This document shows positions 27,061-37,556 of a stretch of DNA of 39,757 nt, piece by piece. The stretch's first letter is position 1. Each line of letters starts with the position of its first letter. The notes under the pieces are model-generated. The model saw only the letters and a list, made by a program, of their open reading frames with translations. It made no database searches and was not told the origin of the DNA. Made by a program: the position numbers and the translations under genes. The DNA is from a virus (taxonomy: Duplodnaviria; Heunggongvirae; Uroviricota; Caudoviricetes), in the IMG/VR virus record IMGVR_UViG_2541047752_000002; one strand, written 5' to 3'.

Positions 27061-27329
27061 TGAAAGAGCTTGAGTTAAAGAAACCGATTATCGCTCATGG
27101 CGAGACACTCTCCGTACTGGAGTTTGATGAACCCACCGGGAAGGATGTCCGCGAGCTGGGGTATCCCTACCAGATGAATCAGGATGAGTCCGTCAGACTT
27201 CTGGCGCATGTGGTGTCGAAATACATTGTGCGGCTGGCGAAAGTGCCGCAAAGCTCTGTCGACCAGATGTCTCCGGCAGACCTGAATGCAGCGGCGTGGC
27301 TTGTGGCTGGTTTTTTCCTCCAGGCCTGA
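27060..27329 (+). CDS. Tail assembly chaperone (short form)
   Basis: 89-aa ORF upstream of the tape measure gene; contains slippery heptamer T_TTT_TTC at 27311-27317. Confidence 0.7.
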   Translation: MKELELKKPIIAHGETLSVLEFDEPTGKDVRELGYPYQMNQDESVRLLAHVVSKYIVRLAKVPQSSVDQMSPADLNAAAWLVAGFFLQA

Positions 27330-27478
27330 CGGCTGAATACCTCACTGATCGCTTCTTTGACTGCGCCAGCTACTGGCGCATTAATCCCTTCGAATTGCTG
27401 AATATGCCGATCAGTGAAATTCCCTTGCTGGTCAGTCAGGCAAACAGGATAGAGCAGGAGAAACGCACACATGGCTGA
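27060..27478 (+). CDS. Tail assembly chaperone, long form by programmed -1 frameshift at 27311-27317
   Basis: The -1 frame continues open from the slippery site to 27478 (track ORF 27296-27478), ending just inside the tape measure gene. Confidence 0.6.
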
Positions 27479-29306
27479 ATTTGAGCTTAAGGCGTTGATC
27501 ACCGGTGTCGACAGGCTTTCTCCCGCGCTGTCGAAAATGCAAAAGAAAATCCGGGGATTTAAACGCCAGGCGGAAGAAGCGTCACAGGGTGGGCTGGCGC
27601 TTGGTGGCGGACTGGCTGCGGGTCTGACGCTTTCCCTGAAATCTTATGCCGATCAGGAAAACGCCGCCACCGGGCTGAAAGTCGCCATGATGGATGCGAA
27701 CGGCGAGGTTGGAAAGAGCTTTCAGGACATCAATAAACTGGCTATTGGTCTGGGTAACCAGCTACCCGGTACAACGGCTGATTTCCAGAACATGATGCAG
27801 ATGCTGGTGCGTCAGGGGATCCCGGCAGAAAACATTCTGGGTGGTGTGGGTAAAGCGACAGCTTATCTTGCGGTACAACTGAAAAAAACACCGGAAGCGG
27901 CTGCTGAGTTTGCTGCAAAGATGCAGGATGCTACCGGAACGGCGTCAGAAGACATGATGGGGCTGTTCGACACTATCCAGAAGGCGTTTTATCTGGGCGT
28001 TGACGATACCAACATGTTGTCCTTCTTCACTAAAACCAGTTCTGTTCTGAAGATGGTGAACAAGGACGGTCTTCAGGCTGCACAGAGCCTTGCCCCCATC
28101 AGCGTCATGATGGATCAGATGGGGATGAACGGGGAGTCGGCAGGTAATGCCCTGCGAAAAGTTATCCAGTCCGGATTAAGCGTTAAGAAAATCAGGGACG
28201 TCAATAAAGTCATGGCCCGCCAGAAACTCGGGGTACAGCTCGATTTTACTGACGGCAAAGGAAGTTTTGGCGGTCTTGATAACATGTTCAGGCAACTGGC
28301 AAAGCTGCGAAAACTGACCGACGTTAAGCGAACAGGTGTACTTAAGGCAATATTTGGTGATGATGCCGAAACCCTTCAGGTGGTCAATGCACTAATCGAT
28401 AAAGGAAAGGATGGCTACGATCAGATCCAGCAGAAGATGAATAAACAGGCCAGCCTGAATAAACGTGTTCAGGCCCAGCTTGGTACGCTGTCCAACCTGT
28501 GGGAGGCAATGACGGGGACCGCAACTAACGGCCTTGCGGCTATTGGCGGCGCATTTTCTGGTGACGCTAAAAATATCACGCAATGGCTGGGGGAGTTGGG
28601 GGAAAAATTCACGAAGTTTGCGGATGAAAATCCCCGGGTTATTCGCGGCGTCGTCGGGCTTGCTGCCGGTCTTGCGATTCTGAAACTGGGATTGATGGGC
28701 GTTGGCGGTGCCATCAGTATTGTCAGCAGGATCATGTCGATGACGCCGATTGGCATGATTGCGACGGCGATAGCCCTGGCTGCGGGATTAATTATCACTA
28801 ACTGGGATGCTGTCGGACCTTATTTTAAGAAACTCTGGGAAACCATTGGTCCTTATTTTGAGGCTGGCCGGGAACTCCTTAAGAAAGTTTTTGCCTGGTC
28901 GCCGCTGGGGATGGTGATCAATAACTGGGGGCCGGTTGTTAAGTGGTTTCAGGATATGTGGGACAAGCTGAAGCCAATTATTGAGTGGTTTACCGACAGT
29001 TACGGTTACACGGTCGATGCCATTAACTCTGCGCAGTGGGGCGCGGGTGCTTATGATGCTTATGGGACGGGAATACCGGCGCGGGGATACACACCTTATC
29101 CGGCGGTGGATCCGGCTCAGTCAAACAACGCCTCCGATGCCACAGGCCCGAATCCCTTCATGATTAACAAAGCTTCTGCGCCAAAAGTTGATGGTGAGAT
29201 CAAGGTCTCTTTTGTGAATTCGCCTCCGGGTATGCGGGTTATGGAAACGCGATCCAGCGGTTTTGATGTCAGCCATGATGTTGGCTATACGCGCTTTGGC
29301 AGGTAA
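27471..29306 (+). CDS. Tail tape measure protein
   Basis: 611-aa ORF with hydrophobic glycine-rich segment, after the chaperone pair. Confidence 0.85.
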   Translation: MAEFELKALITGVDRLSPALSKMQKKIRGFKRQAEEASQGGLALGGGLAAGLTLSLKSYADQENAATGLKVAMMDANGEVGKSFQDINKLAIGLGNQLPGTTADFQNMMQMLVRQGIPAENILGGVGKATAYLAVQLKKTPEAAAEFAAKMQDATGTASEDMMGLFDTIQKAFYLGVDDTNMLSFFTKTSSVLKMVNKDGLQAAQSLAPISVMMDQMGMNGESAGNALRKVIQSGLSVKKIRDVNKVMARQKLGVQLDFTDGKGSFGGLDNMFRQLAKLRKLTDVKRTGVLKAIFGDDAETLQVVNALIDKGKDGYDQIQQKMNKQASLNKRVQAQLGTLSNLWEAMTGTATNGLAAIGGAFSGDAKNITQWLGELGEKFTKFADENPRVIRGVVGLAAGLAILKLGLMGVGGAISIVSRIMSMTPIGMIATAIALAAGLIITNWDAVGPYFKKLWETIGPYFEAGRELLKKVFAWSPLGMVINNWGPVVKWFQDMWDKLKPIIEWFTDSYGYTVDAINSAQWGAGAYDAYGTGIPARGYTPYPAVDPAQSNNASDATGPNPFMINKASAPKVDGEIKVSFVNSPPGMRVMETRSSGFDVSHDVGYTRFGR

Positions 29307-29324
29307 TGAAAAATTAATCTGTTA

Positions 29325-30695
29325 ATGAGTCCCACTCCGGTGGGATTTTTTATGTACGGAGTTTATATGACGTGGAAAGACAGACTTCAGGACGCGTCAT
29401 TTCGCGGTGTGCCGTTTAAGGTTGAAGAAGAAAGTGCGGGAACCGGTCGTCGTGTGGAAACGCACGAATACCCGAACCGCGACAAACCCTATACCGAAGA
29501 CCTGGGGAAAATCACTTTCCGCCCGTCCATCACAGCTTATGTGGTGGGAGATGACTGCTTTGACCAGCGCGATCGCCTGATTGACGCGCTGAATAAACCC
29601 GGTCCCGGCACGCTTGTCCATCCGACTTACGGTGAGCTGAAAGTCTGTGTTGACGGGGAAGTTCGGGTCAGCACATCGAAGAGTGAAGGGCGTATTGTCC
29701 GCTTTGACCTGAAGTTTGTCGAAGCGGGAGAACTCTCTTACCCCACATCAGGTGCGGCGACGGCGCAGACGCTGATGTCATCCTGTTCTGCACTGGATGA
29801 CTGCATCAGTGACAGCTTCAGCGGTTTCAGTATCGATGGCGTGGCAGATTTCGTGCAGAACGACGTTATCGGTAATGCCAGCATAATGCTTGGATATGTT
29901 TCTGATGCGATGAAAGTGGTGGATTCTGCCGTATCGGATGCTGCCAGACTGTTGCTGGGGGATATCTCGGTACTTCTGCCGCCACCATCGTCAGGCAAAA
30001 ATTTCGTTGAGCAGGTGCAGAAAATGTGGCGTACCGGGAAACGCCTTTATGGTAACGCCAGCGACCTGGTCACCATGATCAAAACGCTTTCCGGTGTCAG
30101 CCTCGGCAGCGATCTGCAACCGCGCGGCGTCTGGAAAACGGACAGTAAAACCACCGCCACGGCGACGCAGCAGCGTAATGTGGTTGCCAGCACCCTTCGT
30201 ACGACCGCAATCAGTGAAGCGGCGTATGCCGTCACCCGATTGCCTGCGCCAACAACTTCCGCGGTGATGCAGAATTCCGCAGTGGGGCAGGCAACAACAC
30301 CTGCGCAGAGCACTGGCTGGCCTTCCGTCACGCATCCGGCACTGAACAATGCACCGGCGGTGAAAAACACGGTTGACCTGCCGACGTGGGAAGAACTGAC
30401 CGACATTCGCGACACACTGAATACGGCAATTGATAAGGAGTTGTCCCGTACAACCAGTGATGCGCTGTTTCTGGCGCTGCGCCGGGTGAAAGCAGATCTG
30501 AATGCGGATATCAACACGCGCCTTGAACAGTCTGCACGGATCATTCAGCGCACACCGGATGAGGTTTTACCCGCGCTGGTGCTGGCAGCGACCTGGTTTG
30601 ATAACGCGGCGCGTGACGCGGACATTATCCGGCGTAATGCCATTACGCATCCCGGCTTTGTGCCGGTGATCCCTCTGAAGGTGCCAGTGCAATGA
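29325..30695 (+). CDS. Tail/baseplate protein (Mu gpN DNA-circularisation-like)
   Basis: 456-aa ORF in the position following the tape measure gene. Confidence 0.6.
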   Translation: MSPTPVGFFMYGVYMTWKDRLQDASFRGVPFKVEEESAGTGRRVETHEYPNRDKPYTEDLGKITFRPSITAYVVGDDCFDQRDRLIDALNKPGPGTLVHPTYGELKVCVDGEVRVSTSKSEGRIVRFDLKFVEAGELSYPTSGAATAQTLMSSCSALDDCISDSFSGFSIDGVADFVQNDVIGNASIMLGYVSDAMKVVDSAVSDAARLLLGDISVLLPPPSSGKNFVEQVQKMWRTGKRLYGNASDLVTMIKTLSGVSLGSDLQPRGVWKTDSKTTATATQQRNVVASTLRTTAISEAAYAVTRLPAPTTSAVMQNSAVGQATTPAQSTGWPSVTHPALNNAPAVKNTVDLPTWEELTDIRDTLNTAIDKELSRTTSDALFLALRRVKADLNADINTRLEQSARIIQRTPDEVLPALVLAATWFDNAARDADIIRRNAITHPGFVPVIPLKVPVQ

Positions 30696-31771
30696 ACGAC
30701 AATGTCACGCTACGGGTAAATGGCCGGGAGTGGAATGGCTGGACATCGGTGCGCATCGGTGCCGGTATTGAACGGCTGGCGCGGGATTTCAGTGTGGAGA
30801 TCACCCGCCAGTGGCCGGGAGATGAGGGTATCACCACGCTTCAGCCGCGCATTAAAAACGGTTCAAAAGTGGAAGTGCTGATTGGTGATGAGCTGGTGAT
30901 CACCGGCTGGGTGGAGGCGACTCCCGTTCGTTACGATGCCCGTTCGGTCAGCACCGGTATTGCCGGACGTAGTCTGACCGCTGACCTGATTGACTGTGCA
31001 GCCGAACCGACACAGTTTAACGGACGATCGCTGGTACAGATTGCGCAGGCGCTTGCTGCGCCTTTCGGCATTGAGGTGGTGAACAGCGGTGCGCCGTCGG
31101 GTGTTATTCCTGATGTCCAGCCTGATCACGGTGAAACGGTGATTGAGGTAATCAACAAAATACTCGGTCAGCAGCAGGCGCTGGCTTATGACGACCCGCA
31201 CGGCAGGCTGGTGATTGGCGGTATTGGCTCAACGCGGGCACATACCGCGCTGGTACTTGGGGAAAACATCCTTTCCTGTGATACGGAGAAGAGTATCCGG
31301 GAGCGGTTTTCAGTTTACCAGGTGGCGGGGCAGCGTGCCGGAAACGACGATGATTTCGGTGAGGCCACCACCACCGCGCTGCGGGCCCGCACAGAGGACG
31401 CATTTATTGCCCGTTACCGTCCGATGTATATCAGGCAGACAGGGCAGGCCACGGGGGCAGGCTGTATTGCCCGTGCTGACTTTGAAGCCCGGCAACGGGC
31501 GGCGCGGACGGATGAAACTACCTATGTGGTGCAGGGCTGGCGACAGGGTAACGGTACGCTGTGGCAGCCCAACCAGCGGGTGATTGTCTTCGATCCGGTC
31601 TGTGGCTTCGACAATACCGAACTGCTTGTTTCGGAAGTCACTTTTACTCAGGACCAGAACGGCACCCTGACGGAAATCCGTGTCGGCCCACCTGATGCTT
31701 ATCTGCCTGAACCCGAAGCCCCCGGCGCGCGGAAAAAGAAAAAAGCCAGAGTACAGGAGGATCCGTTCTGA
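30692..31771 (+). CDS. Baseplate hub protein (Mu gpP-like)
   Basis: 359-aa ORF in the baseplate block. Confidence 0.6.
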   Translation: MNDNVTLRVNGREWNGWTSVRIGAGIERLARDFSVEITRQWPGDEGITTLQPRIKNGSKVEVLIGDELVITGWVEATPVRYDARSVSTGIAGRSLTADLIDCAAEPTQFNGRSLVQIAQALAAPFGIEVVNSGAPSGVIPDVQPDHGETVIEVINKILGQQQALAYDDPHGRLVIGGIGSTRAHTALVLGENILSCDTEKSIRERFSVYQVAGQRAGNDDDFGEATTTALRARTEDAFIARYRPMYIRQTGQATGAGCIARADFEARQRAARTDETTYVVQGWRQGNGTLWQPNQRVIVFDPVCGFDNTELLVSEVTFTQDQNGTLTEIRVGPPDAYLPEPEAPGARKKKKARVQEDPF

Positions 31772-32319
31772 TGAGGACGATTGAAGCCATGCAGCGACAA
31801 CTCCTCGGCCTGATTGGGCGGGCCGTGGTGAAAAGCATCAGTGCCGCCACGAAATGTCAGACCGTGGATGTGTCCCTGATTGCCGGTGAACCCAAAGCAG
31901 GGGTTGAACATCTTGAACCCTACGGTTTTACCTCAAGGGCAAACAGCGGTGCGGAAGCGGTGGTGTTGTTTCCGGATGGCGACCGTTCTCATGCGGTGGT
32001 TGTTACGGTGTCGGACCGGCGCTACCGCCTGAAAGGGCTGCAGACGGGTGAGGTGGCTGTCTATGACGATCAGGGGCAGTCCGTGACGCTGACCCGGGAG
32101 GGGATCGTGGTGGACGGTGCAGGTAAAACGATCACGTTTCGCAATTCACCTGAAGCACGTTTTGAAATGGACCTGGAAGTGACCGGACAGGTGAAAGACC
32201 TGTGCGACTCCGGCGGCACCACCATGTCAGCGATGCGGCTTGCCTATAACGGGCATCGTCACAGAGAGAACGGTCAGGGCAGTAACACCGACAAACCTGA
32301 TAAAGCGATGGAGGCATGA
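31771..32319 (+). CDS. Baseplate assembly protein V (spike)
   Basis: 182-aa ORF in conserved baseplate order. Confidence 0.65.
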   Translation: MRTIEAMQRQLLGLIGRAVVKSISAATKCQTVDVSLIAGEPKAGVEHLEPYGFTSRANSGAEAVVLFPDGDRSHAVVVTVSDRRYRLKGLQTGEVAVYDDQGQSVTLTREGIVVDGAGKTITFRNSPEARFEMDLEVTGQVKDLCDSGGTTMSAMRLAYNGHRHRENGQGSNTDKPDKAMEA

Positions 32320-32744
32320 TGGAACTGTGGCTGACGGTGAACGGTAAACGCACCTGCGCCAGCGCACCGCTGGATCCGCTGACCCGCGCCGTGGTGATTT
32401 CCCTGTTTACCTGGCGGCGGGCGGAGCCTGATGACAACGCCGACGTCCCGATGGGATGGTGGGGGGATACCTGGCCTGCGGTACAGAATGACCGTTACGG
32501 CTCCCGACTGTGGCTGCTTCAGCGCAGCAAACTGACCAATCAGCTGGTGCAGACGGTAAGGGGGTATATCCGCGAATGCCTGCAATGGATGATTGATGAC
32601 GGCGTGGTGTCCCGTATTGATCTGGATATCCGCCGCACCGGGATTAATGAACTGGGTAACAGTATCACTCTCTGGCGTCGTGACGGACCGGTAATGATTT
32701 CTTTTGATGATCTGTGGAGTGCGATAACGCATGGCGGACAGTGA
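32316..32744 (+). CDS. Baseplate protein (Mu gp46-like)
   Basis: 142-aa ORF overlapping neighbours. Confidence 0.6.
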   Translation: MMELWLTVNGKRTCASAPLDPLTRAVVISLFTWRRAEPDDNADVPMGWWGDTWPAVQNDRYGSRLWLLQRSKLTNQLVQTVRGYIRECLQWMIDDGVVSRIDLDIRRTGINELGNSITLWRRDGPVMISFDDLWSAITHGGQ

Positions 32745-33789
32745 ATTTCAGCGCCCGACGCTGGCAGAAAATATCAGTATGCTCCGTAACGATTTATTCG
32801 CCAGGCTGGACGTCAGCGACACGCTCCGGCGCATGGATGAAGACGTGCGGGCAAAGGTGTATGCGGCGGCGCTGCATACGGTTTACGGGTACATCGATTA
32901 TCTGGCAATGAATATGCTGCCTGACCTGTGCGATGAGTCCTGGCTGGCGCGACATGCTGCGATGAAACGGTGTCCGCGCAAGGGGGCCACGGCTGCCAGC
33001 GGGTATATGCGCTGGGAAGGTGTCAGCGATGGCCTGAAGGTGACTGCCGGGAGCGTGATTCAGCGCGATGACCTGGTTCAGTACACGGCAACTGCCGATG
33101 CAACCAGCTCCGGTGGTGTCCTGCGCGTGCCGATCGCCTGCTCAAGTGCAGGCGCGGTCGGTAACGCTGACGACGGTACGTCATTAATCCTGGTCACGCC
33201 GGTGAATGGTCTGCCGTCTTCCGGCGTGGCAGATACCCTGACAGGTGGATTTGATACTGAAGAGCTGGAAACGTGGCGCGCCCGCGTCATTGAGCGGTAT
33301 TACTGGACGCCTCAGGGCGGGGCTGACGGGGACTATGTCGTCTGGGCTAAAGAAGTGCCCGGCATTACCCGCGCATGGACATACCGTCACTGGATGGGAA
33401 CGGGAACTGTCGGTGTGATGATTGCCAGCAGTGACCTGATTAATCCCATTCCGGAAGAATCAACGGAAACGGCGGCAAGACAACATATCGGGCCACTGGC
33501 CCCGGTGGCAGGCTCTGATTTGTATGTATTCAGGCCGGTGGCGCATAAAGTGGATTTTCATATCCGTGTGACGCCGGATACACCGGAAATACGAGCCGCC
33601 ATCACCGCGGAGTTGCGTTCGTTCCTGCTGCGTGATGGTTATCCGCAGGGAGAACTGAAGGTGTCACGTATCAGTGAAGCGATTTCCGGTGCGAACGGGG
33701 AATACAGCCATCAGTTGCTTGCCCCGGCGGACAATATCTCCATTGCAAAAAATGAGCTGGCAGTTCTGGGGACGATTTCATGGACGTGA
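32731..33789 (+). CDS. Baseplate J-family protein
   Basis: 352-aa ORF in conserved baseplate order. Confidence 0.7.
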   Translation: MADSEFQRPTLAENISMLRNDLFARLDVSDTLRRMDEDVRAKVYAAALHTVYGYIDYLAMNMLPDLCDESWLARHAAMKRCPRKGATAASGYMRWEGVSDGLKVTAGSVIQRDDLVQYTATADATSSGGVLRVPIACSSAGAVGNADDGTSLILVTPVNGLPSSGVADTLTGGFDTEELETWRARVIERYYWTPQGGADGDYVVWAKEVPGITRAWTYRHWMGTGTVGVMIASSDLINPIPEESTETAARQHIGPLAPVAGSDLYVFRPVAHKVDFHIRVTPDTPEIRAAITAELRSFLLRDGYPQGELKVSRISEAISGANGEYSHQLLAPADNISIAKNELAVLGTISWT

Positions 33790-34364
33790 CAAACGATGAT
33801 TATATCCGTCTGTTGTCGGCACTGTTGCCGCCCGGTCCGGCGTGGTCAGTCAGCGATCCGGCGATTGCCGGTGCGGCACCGTCATTAACCCGCGTTCATC
33901 AGCGTGCGGATGCCCTGATGCGGGAGCTGGATCCGCGCACCACCACTGAACTGATAAACCGCTGGGAGCGTCTGTGCGGTCTGCCGGATGAATGTATTCC
34001 CGCAGGGACACAGACCCTTCGTCAGCGTCAGCAACGGCTGGATGCGAAGGTTAACCTGGCGGGCAGCATCAACGAGAATTTTTATCTTGCACAGCTTGCT
34101 GCCCTGGGCAGACCAGATGCCAACATCACGCGATACGACAAAAGCACGTTCACCTGCTCATCGGCCTGTACTGGCGCGGTGAATGCGCCGGAATGGCGGT
34201 ATTACTGGCAGGTCAACATGCCAGCTGCCACCAACACCACCTGGATGACATGTGGCGATCCCTGTGATTCCGCACTGCGTATCTGGGGCGACACCGTTGT
34301 CGAGTGTGTGCTTAACAAACTCTGCCCGTCGCATACCTACGTAATTTTTAAATATCCGGAGTAA
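33780..34364 (+). CDS. Tail protein (Mu gp48/YmfQ-like)
   Basis: 194-aa ORF immediately upstream of the tail fibre gene. Confidence 0.6.
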   Translation: MDVTNDDYIRLLSALLPPGPAWSVSDPAIAGAAPSLTRVHQRADALMRELDPRTTTELINRWERLCGLPDECIPAGTQTLRQRQQRLDAKVNLAGSINENFYLAQLAALGRPDANITRYDKSTFTCSSACTGAVNAPEWRYYWQVNMPAATNTTWMTCGDPCDSALRIWGDTVVECVLNKLCPSHTYVIFKYPE

Positions 34365-34367
34365 TCC

Positions 34368-35300
34368 ATGCATCGTATAGACACGAAAACCGCGCAGAAG
34401 GATAAGTTCGGCGCGGGTAAGAACGGTTTTACCCGTGGTAACCCCCAGACCGGCACACCTGCCACCGATCTGGATGATGACTACTTTGACATGTTGCAGG
34501 AAGAACTTTGTAGCGTGGTGGAGGCCTCCGGTGCCAGCCTGGAGAAGGAGCGGCACGACCAGTTGCTTACCGCGCTTCGTGCGCTGCTGTTAAGCCGCAA
34601 GAATCCGTTTGGTGATATCAAATCGGATGGCACGGTGAAAACGGCTCTCGAAAACCTTGGTTTGGGAGATGGCTCGGGGCGTTACAGCAAAACTGTCGTT
34701 TTTTCATCGTCGGGTTCATATACGTGGCCAGCTGACGTAAAACGAATTGACGTTATTCTGACTGCGGGGGGCGGCGGTGGCGGTGGATGTAACGCGGAGA
34801 ACGCAAATCAGACATTTTCAGGGGCTGGCGGAGGAGCCGGAGGTACTGTTTTTGCCACTATTTATGCGACAGACAACGATGCCGGGCCAGGGACCTATAC
34901 AGTGACAATTGGTAGCGGTGGTAGTGGTGCCAATGGGCCAGGGTCTGGAAATAATGGCGGTCATAGTTCGTTCATGACATTAACTGCGCTCGGCGGCCAG
35001 GGTGGGCAATGGGGCGGCGCTACAAATACCGCTGGCGGGCTCGGTGGTTCAGGCTCTGGCGGTTATAAAACTGAACAAGGCGGAGACGGTTCAGACGGAC
35101 AGGCGGGCCAGGCGCTATTAGTAGGCAATGGGGCATCGAGCTATTGGGGTGGCGGCGGCCGCGCTGGGCAACTGAGCGGTAATCCTGGAGTTTGCTCTGG
35201 CTCCGGCGGCGGGGGTGCATACGATAATAGCTATTCACACACGTCAGGACGTGGCGGGCACGGAGCTAATGGCGTGCTGGTAATTCGGGAGTACATGTAA
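34368..35300 (+). CDS. Tail fibre protein with glycine-rich C-terminal domain
   Basis: 310-aa ORF; N-terminal region resembles conserved tail-fibre N-termini; C-terminal half is Gly-rich low complexity. Confidence 0.75.
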   Translation: MHRIDTKTAQKDKFGAGKNGFTRGNPQTGTPATDLDDDYFDMLQEELCSVVEASGASLEKERHDQLLTALRALLLSRKNPFGDIKSDGTVKTALENLGLGDGSGRYSKTVVFSSSGSYTWPADVKRIDVILTAGGGGGGGCNAENANQTFSGAGGGAGGTVFATIYATDNDAGPGTYTVTIGSGGSGANGPGSGNNGGHSSFMTLTALGGQGGQWGGATNTAGGLGGSGSGGYKTEQGGDGSDGQAGQALLVGNGASSYWGGGGRAGQLSGNPGVCSGSGGGGAYDNSYSHTSGRGGHGANGVLVIREYM

Positions 35301-35705
35301 ATGAATGATGTTTATGCAGTTGTTGATAATAACGTTGTTATTAATGTCATTATCTGGGACGGAATTTCTGAATGGAAACCAGAGGCTGGTAATTTAGTTC
35401 CGTTAAACGGCGATGCTGGCATCGGTTGGTCATATTCAGACGGAGTATTTACCGCGCCACCTCCCCCAGAACGCTCTCACAACGCGTTAGTTGCGGAGGC
35501 TGAGCTGCAGAAATCAGCACTACTGACCGTAGCAAATAACGCAATAGCACCGCTGCAGGATGCCGTTGATTTGGAAATGGCGACAGACGATGAACAGACG
35601 TTACTGCTGGCGTGGAAAAAATACAGGGTACTGCTGAACCGTGTTGATACCTCAGCGGCACCCGAAATAGAGTGGCCTACGCAACCGGGGGAGCGGGCCA
35701 GTTGA
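35301..35705 (+). CDS. Tail fibre assembly protein
   Basis: 134-aa ORF after the tail fibre; C-terminus …[12 protein letters not shown] typical of tail fibre assembly proteins. Confidence 0.75.
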   Translation: MNDVYAVVDNNVVINVIIWDGISEWKPEAGNLVPLNGDAGIGWSYSDGVFTAPPPPERSHNALVAEAELQKSALLTVANNAIAPLQDAVDLEMATDDEQTLLLAWKKYRVLLNRVDTSAAPEIEWPTQPGERAS

Positions 35706-35801
35706 TATCAGGCGCAGGGGCAGCATCAACTGCTGTCACTGCGTCGATGTAGTCGAGTACCGCATTCAGCCGCCTTTTTTCATCATCAGTCAGTTTGCGG
35801 C
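35677..35801 (-). pseudogene. Inverted 3' remnant of a second tail-fibre-assembly gene (decayed invertible segment)
   Basis: Minus strand translates to …[39 protein letters not shown], aligning with the C-terminus of the plus-strand gene ([36 protein letters not shown]); no start codon; convergent and overlapping. Confidence 0.6.
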
Positions 35802-36048
35802 CTACACCTCTCCGTTGACATCTTTGTTATATGGTACAACTGCGCAGAGGCCTGTCTCTCCAATTGTGCCAGTTGAATACTACGATACAACGCTAGGTCT
35901 TCCAATATGGTATAACGTCACAGCATCATCATGGCAGAGAGCAGATGGTACTAATACTTAGACTTTAAATTTATTTTCGTTTATTAATCATTGAAGTAAA
36001 ACAAATTATTAGGCGAAAATGTAGCGAATTTATGTACTTATACATGTT

Positions 36049-36090
36049 ACCCTGAAGGAGAATTCTTTTAATAAACCTTCTCCTTCAGGG
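36049..36090 (-). terminator. Hairpin downstream of the gtr operon
   Basis: 12-bp perfect inverted repeat CCCTGAAGGAGA/TCTCCTTCAGGG with AT-rich loop, just beyond the gtrC stop; no strong U-tract. Confidence 0.45.
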
Positions 36091-36098
36091 GCAAATAA

Positions 36099-37556
36099 TT
36101 ATTTGACGTAAATGTGGTTTCTGTATTTGACAAAAATCACATCACACACGCTTTCAATATCTTCAGGTTGACCATAAATTTTCTTCACAATATTCAATTG
36201 TTCTTTATTCTCAAGAATAAAGAAATTATTTCCTTTGTTATACCATTCGCTATTTGTAAGCCAGTTATCTCTTTTTATTTCATTGTTATTAAAAAGTATA
36301 TTTGCTATTTTTATGTCTCCATTCACACCAACAGAGTTAGTAAATGTGAAAGGGGCATATCCATAATTTGCTTTGTGCTCGTTGATTTTTTCTCTAATAC
36401 ATGACATCTGATTGTATCTATTATCAGTGGAGCCATTAATATTTATTGTTTTAATTCCTGATATTATACCCAAAAAAGCTATTAATAAAATAATGCTTTT
36501 TTTATTAAATTTAGATCTTGACAAAAGAATTACTGCCATAATGAAGACGGGAACAAGGTATCTTATTGTCCATATATTTCTTGGGAGGTTACTACCAATA
36601 TAAGCAGATGTCATGATTAAAATAGACAATGACAAACATATATCAATAACGCTTCTGTTTTTAAAAAGATTTCTGAAAGTGAAGTAAATTAATGCAACAA
36701 CACCAGCAAAGCGTATTGCTTTAGATAATAGATGCAGTGATGGTGTTATTTGCTCACCAAATATGTTTGCATTAAAAAACAATAAAGTTCCGCTTACTGC
36801 AGTATTTATATTAACTAAAATATTGTCATACTCAACAATCTTTACATCTGTTAGTCCTGGCAATGTAAAGCTTCCAAGGTTTAAAAACAAAAAACCGATC
36901 GCCTTGGAAATTAAATATGAAGAAAACAATCCAGCCATTATAATAAGGTATTTCTTTTTTCTTTCCTTGTGCAACAAAAATATTGCTGCTAATGTTAGCG
37001 GTGCAACGTATATATAGACTGAGATATTATCGCTAAAAATAGCCATAGAGGATAGTATGGTTGAAAAGTATACAAATAATATATTTTCTGTTTTAATATA
37101 CTTTTCTGTAAATATTAAGCATCCAATGATAAATATGTATGTACCCATGTGAATGCACGCTGAAAGCATTGATGTAACAGCCATGTCAGCAGGGAAAACA
37201 AAGTAGAATATAATTAGCGCTAATGCTAATGATTTATTTGTAGACAGCCTGTATATCAAAAATATCACAGTAGCATACATCGCTGGTGGTATTATATATG
37301 CAAGCTCACTGCTGTAGCCAAATAATATAGAGGCGATCGCATAAAAAGATACTTCTGTAAAGTAAAAAGGAACCGTGGATAGCATCCATCCATGAAGTAA
37401 GTAATTACCTTCTGACATATCCTTACCAAGCAAAAGCACTGTTGCCGCATCTGTATTTGGTGGGAATATGTTTAAGCTGGCAAAGTGATATAGCATAAAC
37501 AATGACGCAAATAATAAAATCACGAATATAAATTTAATTTGTTTTTTGAAAATCAT
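36099..37556 (-). CDS. Serotype-specific O-antigen glucosyltransferase (Gtr type, polytopic membrane protein)
   Basis: 485-aa very hydrophobic AT-rich ORF immediately downstream of gtrA-gtrB. Confidence 0.75.
   Translation of the reverse strand: MIFKKQIKFIFVILLFASLFMLYHFASLNIFPPNTDAATVLLLGKDMSEGNYLLHGWMLSTVPFYFTEVSFYAIASILFGYSSELAYIIPPAMYATVIFLIYRLSTNKSLALALIIFYFVFPADMAVTSMLSACIHMGTYIFIIGCLIFTEKYIKTENILFVYFSTILSSMAIFSDNISVYIYVAPLTLAAIFLLHKERKKKYLIIMAGLFSSYLISKAIGFLFLNLGSFTLPGLTDVKIVEYDNILVNINTAVSGTLLFFNANIFGEQITPSLHLLSKAIRFAGVVALIYFTFRNLFKNRSVIDICLSLSILIMTSAYIGSNLPRNIWTIRYLVPVFIMAVILLSRSKFNKKSIILLIAFLGIISGIKTININGSTDNRYNQMSCIREKINEHKANYGYAPFTFTNSVGVNGDIKIANILFNNNEIKRDNWLTNSEWYNKGNNFFILENKEQLNIVKKIYGQPEDIESVCDVIFVKYRNHIYVK

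Noticed and set aside
34780-35260. Glycine-codon-rich repetitive DNA (GGC/GGT runs) as a possible tandem repeat or CRISPR-like array
   Set aside because: It is the glycine-rich C-terminal domain of the tail fibre ORF; no regular repeat-spacer periodicity.
36114-37017. Several 60-96-aa plus-strand ORFs opposite the type-specific gtr gene
   Set aside because: Antisense products of an AT-rich membrane-protein gene; no start signals.
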